Below are positions 50,653-64,000 of a DNA stretch of 64,000 bases, piece by piece; positions within the stretch are counted from its first letter, which is position 1; each line of letters opens with the position of its first letter. The notes under the pieces are model-generated. The model was not told the DNA's origin, searched no databases, and saw nothing but the letters and a program-made list of their open reading frames with translations. This DNA comes from Lama glama (Eukaryota). Location: positions 13,704,001-13,768,000 of the forward strand of contig CM052816.1 in NCBI GenBank assembly GCA_028534125.1, given 5' to 3'. Position numbers and translations under genes: made by a program.

Positions 50653-52254
50653 CCAGCCCAGAGTGGGAACTAGTCATTGGAGATCATCAGTGGTATACAC
50701 TGAAGTCTTGCATTCCTAAACCCAACTTTTAAACAGTCTGTAACAATGCTGCAAAACCCAATACCTCCCTTAAAGTTTAAGTAAAATGCGATCACAGATG
50801 AGGCTTGCTGTGAAAGAACTCTCTTCCCAAACTAGCCAGCAGAGGAGATCAGCTTCTATCTGCTCCTGGATCGCACTAAATCCGCACATATAGCAACTGT
50901 ATAGGGTGACAGCAGCTATGACACAAAGAAGCATCCTTTATCCATCCCCAGAAGGATCCGCTATCTCCTAAACAGAATCCAAGTCTCTGCCAAAGCTTCC
51001 AGAAGCATCCATGAGTCAGTCCCCTTTGAGAGACAGCCTCGCAACACTCACACAACTATTCATCTTGCTACCCACTTAAAAAATGCACGGAGCCACCTGC
51101 AACACTCATCAGTCTTGCAGGTCACAATTCTAATTATAAAAACCCTTGTTGGCTCAATCGCTGCTTTTCTGTGACGCCTGAAGTAAGTCCTTTAATCATT
51201 ACGTGTCCCAGCTTTTCGCCAACTGCAAAACAGGAGCCCTAGCATTTATCCCACAAAGTATGCTTTAGGGATTAGGGAAATGATGTTTCCAACACTCTGA
51301 GATGTGCATCTGTGCTATTTAGTTCATAAAGCTTTGATTATGTCACTCTGCTACTCGAAAAACTTACAGTGGCTTCCCAGTACCCACTGAATGAAGACAG
51401 TCTCTTCACTACGGCACCCGAGCCTTCTACAATCTAATCCCCCAGATCCTGGCATGCTTATTTCACAGACGCTCCAGCCAACCCAGACCAGTCACGGTTC
51501 TTGAGCAAATCAGGCCTTTTCAGTCTTCACTTTAGCTAGTGAGATTCCCCGTGGAACTGGAACCCCGTTGCCAATCCCTCTCTAAGTCCACACCCATTGT
51601 GTATTGATAACCAAAGTATAAGTAGGCATTTGCCGAAAGGGGGTGGGGAAGGCACCCAGGATACCAGGTAAAAGGACAAGAGATATTCAGTGGGCTGAAC
51701 CCATCATTCATTGGAGAAACCAAAATAAATTCAGAAGGACCGAAACACAGAGCACAGACACAAAGGCAATGGAGGAACAGGCAGGGACCAGAGTACGCGG
51801 GGCTAGTAAAGCACTATCAAGGCATCTGGACTTTATCCTAAAAGGGCTAGTGGAAAGGTTCTTGAAAGCAATCACACTATATAAAACTTGAGAACTGTTT
51901 TCGTGAAGGCAGAGGTACTTCTGAAAATTTTTTTCTGAATCTCTCTCAATCCACTTTGCCCACCAATGAAATTCAAACTGTTTTTAGGAAATATCTGTGG
52001 CAATTTTAATAGTAGTACATCGGCTCTTTTAACCAGAGATTATAATCACAGAACTGTAGCCCTAGTAGGAAATTTAACAATCATTTACTCCAACCCCTTA
52101 TTTTAAAGATAAGAAAACTACAGTCCTGACAGATTAAATGATTTGCTCAAAGACAGAGGCAATTTGTGGCAGAGTCAATATTCAAACCCAAGTCTCGTGG
52201 ATTTCTAAGTAACACGGAATAGGACGAAGGACACATTCCAATGCAGGAATCAAA

Positions 52255-52550
52255 GCATTCATTCATTCATTCAGTAAATATGTATTTATGTACCAGATGC
52301 CATTCAAAGCACTGGGAATACAGAAGTGAACAAATATCCTTGGCTTTGTAGAATTTCCATTCTAGTAGGGAGAGACAGACAAAAAAAGGAAAACATAGTA
52401 ACTAAATTATATAGTATGTTAGAATGAGAAAAATACTACAGAAAAACGTAGAACAGAGAAGTGGGAGGGAAGGAGGCTGCCGGGTTAGACCTCACTGAGA
52501 AAGTGTCACCTGAGCAAAGACTTACGGAAGGTGAGCACCTGCAGGATACT
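52255..52550 (-). mobile_element. L2a 3' end
   Basis: cattcattcattcattcagtaaatat..gcactgggaatacagaagtgaacaaa..cctcactgagaaagtgtcacctgagcaaagact. Confidence 0.85.
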
Positions 52551-53256
52551 GAGGCTTTGAAAGGTCATGTGATTTCGACCCATCCCATCATAATGAACCT
52601 GCATGAAGTGCAGGTAATAGGTTGACATCCACCCACCAAGTTCGATGAACAAAAACCCACAATTCTAACATTCTCTCTGATAAAACAGGGGGAAAATAGT
52701 TCTCCTTCTGGCTTTAATAAGAGGCCTCGATAGGCTGATGAATTGGAATGCAGTGGAAAAGTGGATAAGGAGGGAATTTCAGGCTGGAAGCAAAACAAGT
52801 ACATAGTCTGCATTTTGATGATGAACCAAGCCAATTTATTTCAGTTACTGCTAAATATGGACTCAAATGTGGGTCACTTCCTGAACAGACCAGAAATGAA
52901 ACTGAGACTGGCACCAAGTTCCCCAAACCCGATGAAGACCTGCCCAGAACGGAGACAAAGAGGGCATCGAAAGAGGAAGAACAAGGGACATTACAAAGGT
53001 GCTTAGAGCTCAACCCCATCCTCTCCACAGAGCACACTGTGCAGTGGGGTAGAGGGTCAACGGGATGATTCCAAGGGGACAGTACTTTGGGAGCCATCCT
53101 CACAATAACCCAACAAGGTGGGTACTTTTATCAGACTCACTTTACAGATGAGAAGACTCGGACAACGGAGCCTCTGAGAGGTTAACACGCCCACACAGTT
53201 GACAAGCAACACAGACAGGAATGGAACCGGGGCCTATCTGATCCCACAACCCATAC

Positions 53257-53418
53257 TGGGGCTCAGCAGACTGTGGCGCTTGCGCTGCAATGGTTTTTAC
53301 CTTATTAAAGGGCTGTACACAACAAAGGCATGAGAGAAGAAAAGAGACCCTCTGTGGCCCACAAAGCCTAAAATATTTACTATCTGGCTCTTTACAGAGA
53401 AAGTTTGGCTGACCCTTA
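53257..53418. mobile_element. MER58-like hAT-Charlie fragment
   Basis: tggcccacaaagcctaaaatatttactatctggctctttacagagaaagtttggctgaccc. Confidence 0.8.
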
Positions 53419-53854
53419 TAGTCTAATCCACCACACTAGCCATCAGCAGATTCAAAACAAGCTCTACAGGAGGTACGTTGTTTCCCAAATCATACAGGGA
53501 AACAGGATCTGGAAGATGGAGAACTAGTTCTCATACTGGCCAGGCTGTGAGATAATCGATCATTGGCTGGGGGTTATGGAGCGGCTGCATTACTTAATAG
53601 CTCACACACCGCATCCTGTATTTTTCATCACTTATCCCAGCAGGGACAGTCCCCTCTCACCCTCCTACTCACCGGACACCCCCGTCCCCTGCTCACTAGG
53701 CACGTGGCTCCCAAACACTGTTCTCAGGCTGCCCACCGTCCGCCCAATCCTGGTGGTCCCCAGTGCTTCAAAACTACCTCTTGTTTATCCCACTCCAAAT
53801 CTGAATTTCCAGGGTTACTTTGTTTAAAACTAGCCTGTAGCCCAGATTAACTTC

Positions 53855-54365
53855 TCCAAACGTGGACAAGAGCCATGAGATTGTTATTTGTGGGGCAGAG
53901 CCCTTTCTCTTCCCTGGATGACCCTGTTCGGTCTACTCAGGCCAATGTGGAGGAGTTGTGCTGCCTTGGCCTCCTGGCAGCCAGCCTCCCTTCTTCCGAA
54001 TTTACAGCACTCGAATACTTCTCTAGGAAACCATCCCTCCCTGACTCTCGGAACACAGATTCCATAGGCTGCTGACTCCACTCTCGGCTCAGGTCAAGCT
54101 AGCTTCAATGGGATTCAACAAAAAGCCGACGAGAACCACGCTCAGGGCTTCCGTTCCAACTCGTGGCCACGAGACCTCTTGCCAGCATGAAGGGAGAGGC
54201 TGTCTGGGAATGGCACCGACTTACAGGAAAGCAGAGGTGGAGATGCAGGGAGGCTGCAGGGGCCTGCAGACGCTGTGCGTGCCACAGGACCTGGGCCAGA
54301 CCTGGGCTTCCCAGCTACATACCACGATACATTCCCTCCCTGCTCAAGCAGCTTGGAGTGGGTCT
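53855..54365 (+). mobile_element. Old MaLR LTR (MLT1-type)
   Basis: cttgccagcatgaagggagaggctgtctgggaatggcaccgac..aagcagaggtggag and 3' cattccctccctgctcaagcagcttggagtgggt. Confidence 0.6.
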
Positions 54366-56017
54366 TCCCTCCCTCCCACTCAACAGTGGCCTGTCTGGCA
54401 CCGTCAGAGTGGAACTGTGTCCACAGTGAGAGGATGGTGATAACAAATGCTGCGGCCACTGTCACACAGCTCCTCCCCGATGCTCCGTGTCCATGCTGAC
54501 TCCAAGGGGAGTTCACCTCCCTTCTCCCAGCTGCTGGGGGAACCAAGGGCCCCCCTAGAGCTGTCCTTCTCATTAAACTCTGGGTTATGCGATGAGAGCT
54601 GGGACCAGGAAGACGAAAACAGTGAGACTCTCACAATCAGTATTTCAAACCAGTACATCTGATCTCCCACCCGAAACTAGTGTCCCTGCAGCCTCCAAGG
54701 GATAACAGACAAAAAAGGCAAAGGGAATTTAACAGTCAGTGGACAAATTCTCTGGCTTCTATTATGTCCAGGGTTGCCTGGCAACCAGCCTCGGCCTGGT
54801 CGTTCCCGTGGACAAGCAGAGGAACGAGTGTCAGGCCTCCAGGTCAGGCAGCATGTCCTGTTTATGGGCCCGCGACTCGAGGGCAGGGGTGGGGTCGTGC
54901 TGTTCTACAAAAGCGGCCAAATCCAGCCCACGGAGCACCTGCTGTCCCCAGGGGCTTGCCCACACCAGCCTCTAGCTTTGGCCTTCAATGAACGTAAGCT
55001 GTGGACGTTCCCCCAAAACAGATGAAAAATACTTTAAAAAATAGGAAAGGTTCTGACTCGGAAAGAACTCTAATATTATTTATAAGACAGTAGAAACCAG
55101 TAGGGAGCGGAGGGCATAGCACACAGTCAGGAAAACACGGGCCAGCATATGTTTCAGGCTCTGGATTTTCTGGAATCCTCCACAAGCCAGCTAACTCCGC
55201 AGCCACCTCCAAAGATTCGGGCACTGAGCACATGGCCACGGGGCTCTGTGTCTCTAGGTCATAAGCTCATTTCCAACAACTGAGAAGTCTGTGAGGACGG
55301 AGATTTCTGCATTTGGCAACACATTTGAGAAGTGACTGTGGCACCAGACGCAGGCACGGTCAGGACACCGCAGGGGAAGGAGGGCGAGAATGTGGGTCAG
55401 GGAGTCTCCAGTGTTCAGATGTCACCAGGCAGGGCATCTGTGTGTGCAGAGAGAGACGTGATGCTCATTCCTCTCTCTCCCTGCCTGCTTCTGAATTAAG
55501 TATCTAAGAATGGTGGCCTTCCACACAAAACAGAGCCCAGAGCCCAAGAGAGACAGGGACAAGAGACTGACTCTTATGCTTAAATTCTATGTAGCAAGAC
55601 AAGCAGTCCTAAAAGTTAGGGGCTGTATAGAAAGCATTGACTTTTGTTGGCTGATTCTTGTTAAGACCCGTGTGTCCACATAAAACTATCCAAATGAAGT
55701 CCTAATATCTTCTATAAGATATTAAGTCCTGTAGAAAAAGTCACTACAGGGTTTCAGCAAAATTCTGCACAGAAACCATGCCTTGGGGGTAGCCCCTGGA
55801 AGAACAATGTGGTCCCAGCTGAGAACACTGTCAGCAAACAACATACAACTTGCAATATGAACGAAAGAAATATCCTTTAAATCTTCTTAGAGGAAAATGA
55901 AAAACAAGTCTTTTATAATTGATTATGAAGCTTATCAAGGATGTGTGCCCATTTGTGCTGCTATAACTAAAATGATTATTAAAACTTAACACCTTTAAAT
56001 GAGAGGGCATGGAGGAG

Positions 56018-56605
56018 AATTTTTTTTTAACTACAGTATAGTCAGTTTACAATGTTGTTTATTTCTGGTGTACAGCAAAGTGATTCAGTTCTACATATAT
56101 ATTCCTTTTCATAATCTTTTTCATTATAGGCTATTACAAGGTATTGAATATAATTCCCTGTGCTGTACAGTAGGACCTTGCTATTTATTTATTTTCTATA
56201 TAGTAGTTAGTATCTGCTAATCTCAAACTCTCAATTTATCCCTCCACCCCCACTTTCCCCCGTAGTAACCACAATTTGTTTTCTATATCTGTGAGTCTGT
56301 TTCTATTTTGTAAATAAGTTCATTTATCTAATTTTTTTTACATTCCATATATGGTGACATCATGTAATATTTGTCTTTCTCCCTCTGACTTACTTCACTT
56401 AGTACAACAATCTCCAGGTCCATCCATGATGCTGCAAATGGCATTATTTTATTCTTTTTTATATCTGAGTAGTATTCCACTGTATAAATATACCACATCT
56501 TCTTTATCCAGTCACCTGTCAATGGACATTTAGGTTGTTTCCATGTCCTTCTTGGCTATTGCACATAGTGCTGCTATGAGCACTGGGATGCATGTATCTT
56601 TTTGG
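56018..56605 (-). mobile_element. 5'-truncated L1 3' end
   Basis: WIKKMWYIYTVEYYSDIKKNKIMPFAASWMDLEIVVLSEVSQ on minus; poly-T at 56019; ggagaat on both flanks. Confidence 0.95.
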
Positions 56606-57249
56606 AGTTTGGAGAATACTCTAATATGCAAAATCTCTCTTTTTAAAGAAAGAACAGAAGCAAACAGTCTTGTTAATTTAAGAGTCAGGTATAAGTCTCT
56701 TTCTTCTTGTTGTGAAGATTATGGAAGAAATCGATTCAGAGAAGGCAAAATGGCCCAGCCAAGAAGACCTGGGCCCCCTACTTGCGCTACTTATGACACA
56801 GATTTCAGAATGTTAGATACGCTTTCCTTTTCTCTGCCTGATGAAAGTAAAGATAAACAGAGGAAGATCTAAGAGAGAAAAACAGCAAGCACAGGAGAAA
56901 GCGATGGGCAGCGAGGACAAGGCTGGTGAAGCATCAATCAACTCCCAGTTCTTGATTCTTACTTTTTCTAGCCCACCGTCATTCCTTGTGCTACCCCAAG
57001 GGTAGACTGGACTGCCATCCAGTCAGAGCAGTCACACCTGATCTGTCCGAGATGGAGGCTTTAAAGAAAATGAAATCTAAAGAGAACCAAGGGATGCCTG
57101 AGGCCATGAACATTTTGAGTTGCTTTTAGAACACACAGTCAAGTGGTCGAGATGGGCTTGGAAAGGACTTTGACATCATTCAGTCAACACGTACTGGAGA
57201 GTTTAAAGGGTGGGACATGTGCATTACCTACAAAACAAGGTAACGGCAT

Positions 57250-57630
57250 AGAGAAGTGGGTCTGGTGGTCAGGAGAGGACTCTTGGAGGGAACCTTTGCC
57301 TGAGACCTGAAAGACAAGGAGGAGCAGAACACAGGAAGATCTGTAGCAAAGGTATTCCAGACAATGAAAAGGTCCTATGACTGCAATGTGCTCAGTATGC
57401 TAGCGGAACCTGAGACCAGCAAAGCCGAAGCACAGTGAGGGGGAAAGAGACTAGTCAGAGAGGAGAGCGACCAGGCAGGCAGGAGCCTGATCATACATCA
57501 GCCTGATAAGGGGTTAAAATTGCATTCTGAATGACATGGGAAGCCACTGGAAAATCTGAGGTGACAGCGACTTGATAAGGCTTCTATTTTTTACAACATC
57601 AGTCTGGCTGCCATGTGGGGAATGGATTCT
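57250..57630 (-). mobile_element. L2 fragment
   Basis: ctgagacctgaaagacaaggaggag..atgggaagccactggaaaatctgag..agtctggctgccatgtgg. Confidence 0.75.
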
Positions 57631-57859
57631 ACCTTACCAAGAACATTAAGGCTCTGGCTGGTCATGATTCCAGTGAGTAAGAACGGTTCTGCCTCTGAAA
57701 ATATAAGGGGAAGATATAATCCACCACACAATGTATCCAGCTGGTGACAGTTTACAAGTTCCAACGACCACGGTCACCAGGTGCAGACCCAGAATACAAG
57801 GTCATTCAGCTCCCTGACCACATCAACTCAGGTTGCCTCCACCCTCCACTGCCCACCAT

Positions 57860-58060
57860 TCTTGATGTTATTTTATTTCCATCGTGGTACCTCTGACTAT
57901 CTAAAAGTATCCTGTTTGTTTATTTGCTTACTTTGCCCACTAACATACAAGCTCCAGGAGAGCGAGCACTTTGTCTTGTTCAGAACTGTTCCCCTCAATA
58001 CCTAGAACAATGCCTAGTACACAGCTGGAGTCCAATAAATATTTGTTGACTGAGCTAATG
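57860..58060 (+). mobile_element. L2 3' end
   Basis: aagctccaggagagc..cctagaacaatgcctagtacac..caataaatatttgttgactga. Confidence 0.85.
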
Positions 58061-58879
58061 AAGTAAAGACTCTATCTTTACTCCTATTCAAGAGAAACAA
58101 AATATCTTACCAGTCCCCAAACCTGGATTCCTTTCTAGGGCAATCAGCTTCCCACATGGGTTATTATGATTAAAATGACTTCAGTATTCAGCAGACCTAA
58201 GGACAGAGAAGAGTTCCTTTGTCCCGGATCCCCAGATAAACCAGCCTAGATATGTTGCCAGAATGCCCCGTGCTGCTGTTTTCCTCAGAACCGCCCAAGT
58301 GGTCAAGTTGTAGAGAGGCAGGAGTGATGGGGTCAGGTGAGGTGGGCAGGAAAACTACTAGAGTTGGGAATGACCAGAGGATGGAGATCACCGTCCCCCA
58401 CCTAACACCAACACTTATCTACACGGCAACTTTTTGCCCAACACTGCAACCGATACTCAGGTTAGACTCAAGGAAGAATTCCCTGTTAGAAGTCAGCTGC
58501 CTACTCAAGAAAGTGGCAGTGTTTATTTACCTCTGGGTATGAAGCTGGGGGTGGGACGGCAGGGGAACTCATGGGATGTGTCACTTTTATAATGTTTTTT
58601 GACAAGTCAGCATCCCAAACGGTCCTGAAGACGATGCAGAATCTTGTGACTGGACGTGTTGAAAATCAAGACATTTGGGACTAAGTTCACTATAATAATG
58701 GCAAGAGTATGAGGCCCAGTCTAATTTCTAGAGATAATTCCAAATATGTGGGCTCATCTCCAGGGAGAAGGCTAGAGACTCCGCTACAGAGACCACACAA
58801 AGTTAATGTTTAAAATATCTGTATTATTCCTACCTTATAAAAGGTGAAAACAATCCACCATGGGTGTGGCAACAGCTCC

Positions 58880-59245
58880 TGTGCTTTTGTGCCAGCGGCT
58901 TTTCACACATGACCTCATTTAACCCTTACCATGCTCTCCAGAGAGCACTACCATTGCCATTTTGTAAATGAAAAAACAGAAGACTTAAGGGACTGGGCTA
59001 GGATGACAGCAGCATGGCACTGGTTACGGGCAAAAGAGCTGGCACTGAATCAGGGTTCAATCCCGGACTCCAATACTTTTTGGTGGGACGAGTTACTTCT
59101 GCTTTCTGTGCCGCAGCTTTCCAGTCTACTAATGGGGGTGGTAGCCCACACACCTCGTAATATTGCTGTGAAGGTACAATGAAATAAAGTTTGTAAAACA
59201 TGTAACAAAACAGTTAAATGGTGATAGATACGCTACCACTACTAT
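58880..59245. mobile_element. Two adjacent MIR fragments in opposite orientation
   Basis: Minus: ccattttgtaaatgaaaaaacagaagacttaag. Plus: gggttcaatcccggactccaatact..ctgtgaaggtacaatgaaataa. Confidence 0.7.
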
Positions 59246-59499
59246 TACGGTTCAAGTAAATATGACCTCACATGTTCAATACATGGGACTCCTTATCCTG
59301 TGGTACTCTGAAGAGACATCTCTTTGTCCGCAAGGTTCTGCTCCACCGGTAGGAAGAAGGGAAAAAGCAGAGAGGTGGGAGTTGAATCTTAAACATATGA
59401 AAAGAAACAGGGCAGCCCATGTAAACTTGCTTAAGGCGATAAAGATGGCATATCTCTAAGAACATTCAGTATAGACTGGTTAACGATCATGGAGAAAAG

Positions 59500-59775
59500 A
59501 GAGAAATAACCAAACTATCCAAAAATAGGTCACGGGTTCAGTAAGTCTTGACGCAGCACACCTGGCATATCACACAGCCATTGGAAATGATCTGAGAGCG
59601 TGGTTAATGACACGGGAAGATGACCACATTCCCCTGAATAGAATAGATGATAAAACCAAAATGAGTATCCCTAATCAGTACGAACGGCAGGATTTGCATC
59701 TTCTTCTTTTATTCAGCTGTCATTTCTAAGCTTTTTCTAATCAACCTGCATTACCTGTATAATCAGAAAAAAAAT
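59500..59775 (+). mobile_element. Old L1ME-like 3' fragment
   Basis: Degenerate L1ME 3'-end motifs, ending cattacctgtataatcagaaaaaaa. Confidence 0.5.
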
Positions 59776-61289
59776 ACAAGTTTGTTCTGGACTGCTGGAT
59801 TTTTTTTTAAATGATTAGCCTATGTGATTTAAAAAAAAAATGGGGGGGGGGGATACAGGCCCCAGAAGAAGGTAGAAGGGGCATCCTGCTATTTTTATGC
59901 TAGAAGCTTTGTGGGCCATGGAGCTGGCAGCTCGAGGGAGGGAGATACAAGCTATCTTATCCAGGGCTCATTGACATGTGTCCAGAATATATTATTTCTG
60001 CAGATTCTACTGGTAAAGACTCAGATTTCATATCCAGTTTCCTGACCTATGATAAATAGGTTTCTAGGTCTCTAACTGGCATTATAAATATACATAATTA
60101 TATTTAGACCTGTTCAACTAACCCAAAAAACATGCTCTCATTCAGTGTCCCCAAATTTATATATATATCTTCTTGAAATATAAATCACTGACCTACTTTT
60201 GTTAAAGACAATCTTAACAGCACCCCCACACCTCAGTGATAAAAATGAGACTTGCATCAGGTCCCACTAGAGAAGCAGAAAATAAGCTCCCCGTCAGAGC
60301 AGCTGACCAGTGGGCCAGATGTTCTGTACCCACACTGGTTCTGAGCATCCTTTTCCCTCTGGAACCTAACGCAGCCAGGGTACCAGGAAAGGGGACCCCA
60401 CACAATGTCTTCTACAAGACAGGAGCTACTCGTAGCCCACACTTCTTCCTGGTTCTGTGGATTCACAGCCTTCTCAAATCTAGAAGTCTTTTTTACAATC
60501 CTAAAATTCCACATACTGCCTTCAAGTCACTCCCATTTACAAAAGGCTTTGTTCTTCCTGAAATCAGGAGGTCAGAGATCAGTCACTTTTGGGGCCCTTT
60601 GGCAAGGTGACATGGAGTGGGGAAAAGAATGAAAGGAAAAAAGAAGGAAAAGAAAAAGGGACAGAAGCAAACAAGGGAAAGAGAAAGCACACAGATGGTA
60701 GAGAACGTGTCCTCTACATTCGAGCTGGAATTTCCTGGAACAATTCAAGGTCTTTGACAGGGAAGGCCTGAGACAAGGTATCACCATTCATTTCAGCACA
60801 TGAGAAATGTACTTCTTTATCAGGAGTTCCTAAAACGGTTAAAGCTAAGACCCTCCAAAGGCAATTATCTTAATCAGAATATCACTGAAATTTTTTCTTC
60901 TGTAGAAACAAAAGTTCCTCTCTTCTGCTCAAAACAACGCATCCATCTACCTACTGAAGCTGGGTCCTCCTTCCCACTCACACAAGATTACTTTCTCCAA
61001 AGCAAGATCAGAACCGAGAGAGAGACAGGATAAAAGGAGTCCTAACCAGAGACCTCACGCACTCAGGAATGAGGCTGAATTAGTCCTGCTGCACTAGCAT
61101 ATTTGTCAGGGGGTGAAGAGAACAGAGAAAAACTGAGTTCCAGATGCAAATGCCCTGGCACTGAAACTGCAGCATTTGGAGAGCTACAAATTGTTTGGAC
61201 GCACCCAAGGAAAGGATATGGAGCTTAACACGATCAAGGGACAAAGCAGACAGGAGAGCGCCACACTTTGGGCTATGGGTTAAAATCCT

Positions 61290-61470
61290 AAGGAAGTGGC
61301 TGGGGGGGGCAGGAAGGTTGGGGATGATGGCTAAATGGGTGATGAAAGTTTTCTAAAATCACTCATGGAGATGGATGATGTGAATACACTAAAAGCCATG
61401 AACTATACACTGTATAGGAGTGAACTGTGTGGTATGTGAATTACAGCTCATTAGGCTGCTTTAAAAAAAC
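61290..61470 (+). mobile_element. Old L1M 3' end
   Basis: gtgaatacactaaaagccatgaactatacac..gtgaactgtgtggtatgtgaattacagctcatta. Confidence 0.75.
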
Positions 61471-63089
61471 AAACCCTAAGGCAGGACCTCCGAAGTCTCT
61501 GGCCACCGCTGCCTAACCCTGTGCTGGCACATGTGAGGAGCTCCATAATCCGACTGCTTGAGGTGTCACAGTAAGAGAGACATGAGTCATTCTTCTCCTC
61601 CATAACATGTCACACGTTTCTCATTTAAGATAACCATCGAAAAACAGTTCAGTCTTCTTTCCTAAAGAGCCTCAGTTATCCGGATTGGAAGGCAGAGGGT
61701 AGATAAGACCCCAACATTCAGAACTGAGACTTGGGAAGACAAGCGAATTTTACATTATCATCATCTGGTGACCATCTTCACGCTTAAACTCCGTGCCTCC
61801 CACCACAAAACCCCAAGCCCTGTGGTGCTGTCCTTTCATCCCAGTGTGGTGTTAACTCGTGCCCGGCCAGAAGACAGGGGGGAGATGGAAGCAAGTTAAA
61901 GACAGATCCCAAAACTCACAGGGGCCAAAAGCTCTCAGTTCCACTCCAATTTTTTATGCAATGGAGCAGAGCTTCCCTGCCGGGGAACTGATTCCAAGCA
62001 TGCTGGCTACGTAGAGAGGGAACAGGATTTCTTCCCAGAGAGAGCCCATCTTGCTGCTCTGAACAGAGCTGGCAATATGGGAGACAGCTGACCTTGCACA
62101 CTGAGTTCAGGGCGGATGCAGTCAGAGGGCCGGGAGACCACAGCAAGCAAAGCCATCTGCAGTCTCGAAGGCCTGGTCAGCAGACCAGATGCAGGGAGCG
62201 AGGCTGCAGATGCTAGGGCATCTGTGCCCAGGGCCAGCCTGGCCTCCGTATCGCCCACAGCGAGTTGTGAGACTGATGCTCTGCTGGATGAGCCGCCCAG
62301 GGTAGGCCTTGTGTCAAATGTCTCAAGGCACTAACGCAAAACCCCCGTCTTCGGAAGAGCAGCCCCCAGAATTTCTTAAGAAGCAAACCTCAGGGATAAA
62401 GCACCGGTCCCACCAGCAGCAGCTGTGGTCGGCTTGTCACCCAGCCCTCCTCAGAGGGCTGAGAACCAGCTGAGATCAGAACAGAGATAGGGAGGAGCTG
62501 TTGCCAGAAATGAGTTGCCCGAGGGCACCGCTGAGGCAGGAGGTGAGATGAGCTCTCTCTGGGTCTGGGGCACCCCACCCTCCAGAGCCATCAGCCAGTC
62601 TCCCTCCTGCTCTCCCCAAGACAGAGCCCCCTCTAGCTATGCAACAGCTCAGCCAGCTCATTATGCCTCTGGCAGGTTTTTAAAGAAAAAAAATGTGCAA
62701 CATAATTACAGGCTCTGATCCCAAATGACTTTAACCCTGACAGGACTCACTGTGGGAACACCGGGAACACGTGTGCCCTGTGACTGCCCATGGGCATCAG
62801 GTTTCCTTTCAGGAGCTCCCCTGCCAACCCCGGGATTCCCCCCACCCCATGCTACAGAAGGGCCCTGGTTCACAGGCCAAGGTCCTGGGACAATTGGATC
62901 CCAGGTGTGGAACCACATGCTGAGATGTTCTCAAGTCGGTAGAACTTGGACCCTTTGGAGCCAATCCTCCATCATTCCTTGACCTGACCTTCCAGGTACC
63001 TGAGGCTGGCCGGTACCCCTGTGCACGGTAAGTGGGGGACAAAGGATCTGAGACAGGTTTATGTAGAATCTCTTCAGGCTTGATTGATT

Positions 63090-63260
63090 TAATGTGGGAT
63101 CCGGGGACCTCCTCCATGCAAACCACCTGGGGGCCCTGCAAGGAATGCAGATCTCCAGACCTCACCCCAGACCCCGGGCACCATAATCTTCTCGATGGGA
63201 GCCCGAGAACCTGCAGTCAGGGAAATTCGTCTGACACACATTTACATTTAAGAAACACTT
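63090..63260. mobile_element. MER5-like hAT fragment
   Basis: aaccacctggggg..aatgcagatctccagacctcaccccagacc..ttaagaaacact. Confidence 0.75.
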
Positions 63261-63601
63261 CCTTACAAGGATAATCTAGAAATGGCAATCAGGCACTTTC
63301 AGTTACAGGGCACTTACCACCGGCCTGCTTCCTCTGCTAATCTCCATACCTACAGTAATCTCATTTATTCCTCACAATAATATTGTAAAGCGGGTATTTA
63401 TCATCCTTGCACTTTCTCCTGTTTCATCTCCAAAGGCAAAGTCCAAAGGCCTTTGGGCAAGCCTTCCCCCCCAAAACTGGCCAGGATGAAACACCTCGTA
63501 CTTAACCAGAGCAAAGGTCTCTCCATTTGTCTTCTCCCCACCTCTCCTGCTGAACGTTCCTATGCCCCATGGTCTCCGGTCCCACTCTCTCCTCTCCGTG
63601 C

Positions 63602-63759
63602 CGGTGGTTCTCCACCAGTGCTGCACATTAGAAGTACCTGGGGAGCTTCTAAATTCCCCAGGCCTGGGTTGCAGCCCAGACAAATTATATCAGAATCTCC
63701 AAGGATGGGTCCCAGGCCCCTCAGGAGATTTCAATGGGCAGCTGAGGTGGAGAACACTG
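63602..63759. mobile_element. MER5-like hAT element
   Basis: cggtggttctc..ctgcacattagaagtacctggggagctt..gagaacactg with inverted ends. Confidence 0.8.
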
Positions 63760-64000
63760 CCTGAGCCTCTAATGAACAGCTCCTGGTGAGCCCCAAACCT
63801 ACACCAGTACCCCCACCCCTCTCCATAGTACCAGACCTATGCTTCCCACTGCATGGTACGTGTCTCTGTCTGTAGGTCCCATGGGAACAACTCAGCAAGG
63901 GCACTTAGCCCCGTAACCCCCATCACACACCGTGGTCCTTCTGTGGTGTACAGTTCAGCCAGCACCCCACGACCTAAGACTTCCTCTTCAGCCACTCCAG

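Noticed and set aside
48600..51020. Cluster of AP-1 (TGAGTCA) motifs
   Set aside because: About a dozen across the window is not clearly above chance for a 7-mer.
55697..55730. 9-bp hairpin flanked by aagtcct direct repeats
   Set aside because: Too short and AT-rich to separate from chance or a small repair scar.
1..64000. Naming the host gene
   Set aside because: No constitutive exon was recognised; any symbol would be a guess.

Overview
Mammalian genomic DNA, most likely camelid, because it carries two tRNA-derived SINEs resembling Vic-1. It consists of three contigs joined by two gaps of exactly 500 N. I recognise no host protein-coding exon; the ORF track is almost all chance ORFs in repeats. 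The window looks like a long intron of a minus-strand gene: it is dense in ancient repeats (MIR, L2, MaLR MLT1 LTRs, hAT and mariner MITEs, L1 3' ends), and nearly all L1/LTR copies lie on +. The standout is a ~3.07 kb fossil Mutator-superfamily (Phantom-type) DNA transposon at 16740-19806. It has a 9-bp TSD, repeat-built TIRs and a decayed FLYWCH+MULE transposase on +. That transposase is split by a TSD-flanked 462-bp insert resembling a retrocopied mRNA 3' end. Head-to-head with it on - is a decayed second gene resembling the vertnin-type OTU cysteine-protease domain. Also noted: candidate minus-strand alternative first exons (1937-2046, 13192-13259, ~33139-33225), a possible 4-nt microexon, a 65-bp inverted duplication and a CpG-retaining hairpin. 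Repeat family names are from memory of consensus sequences, and boundaries are approximate unless a TSD is quoted.
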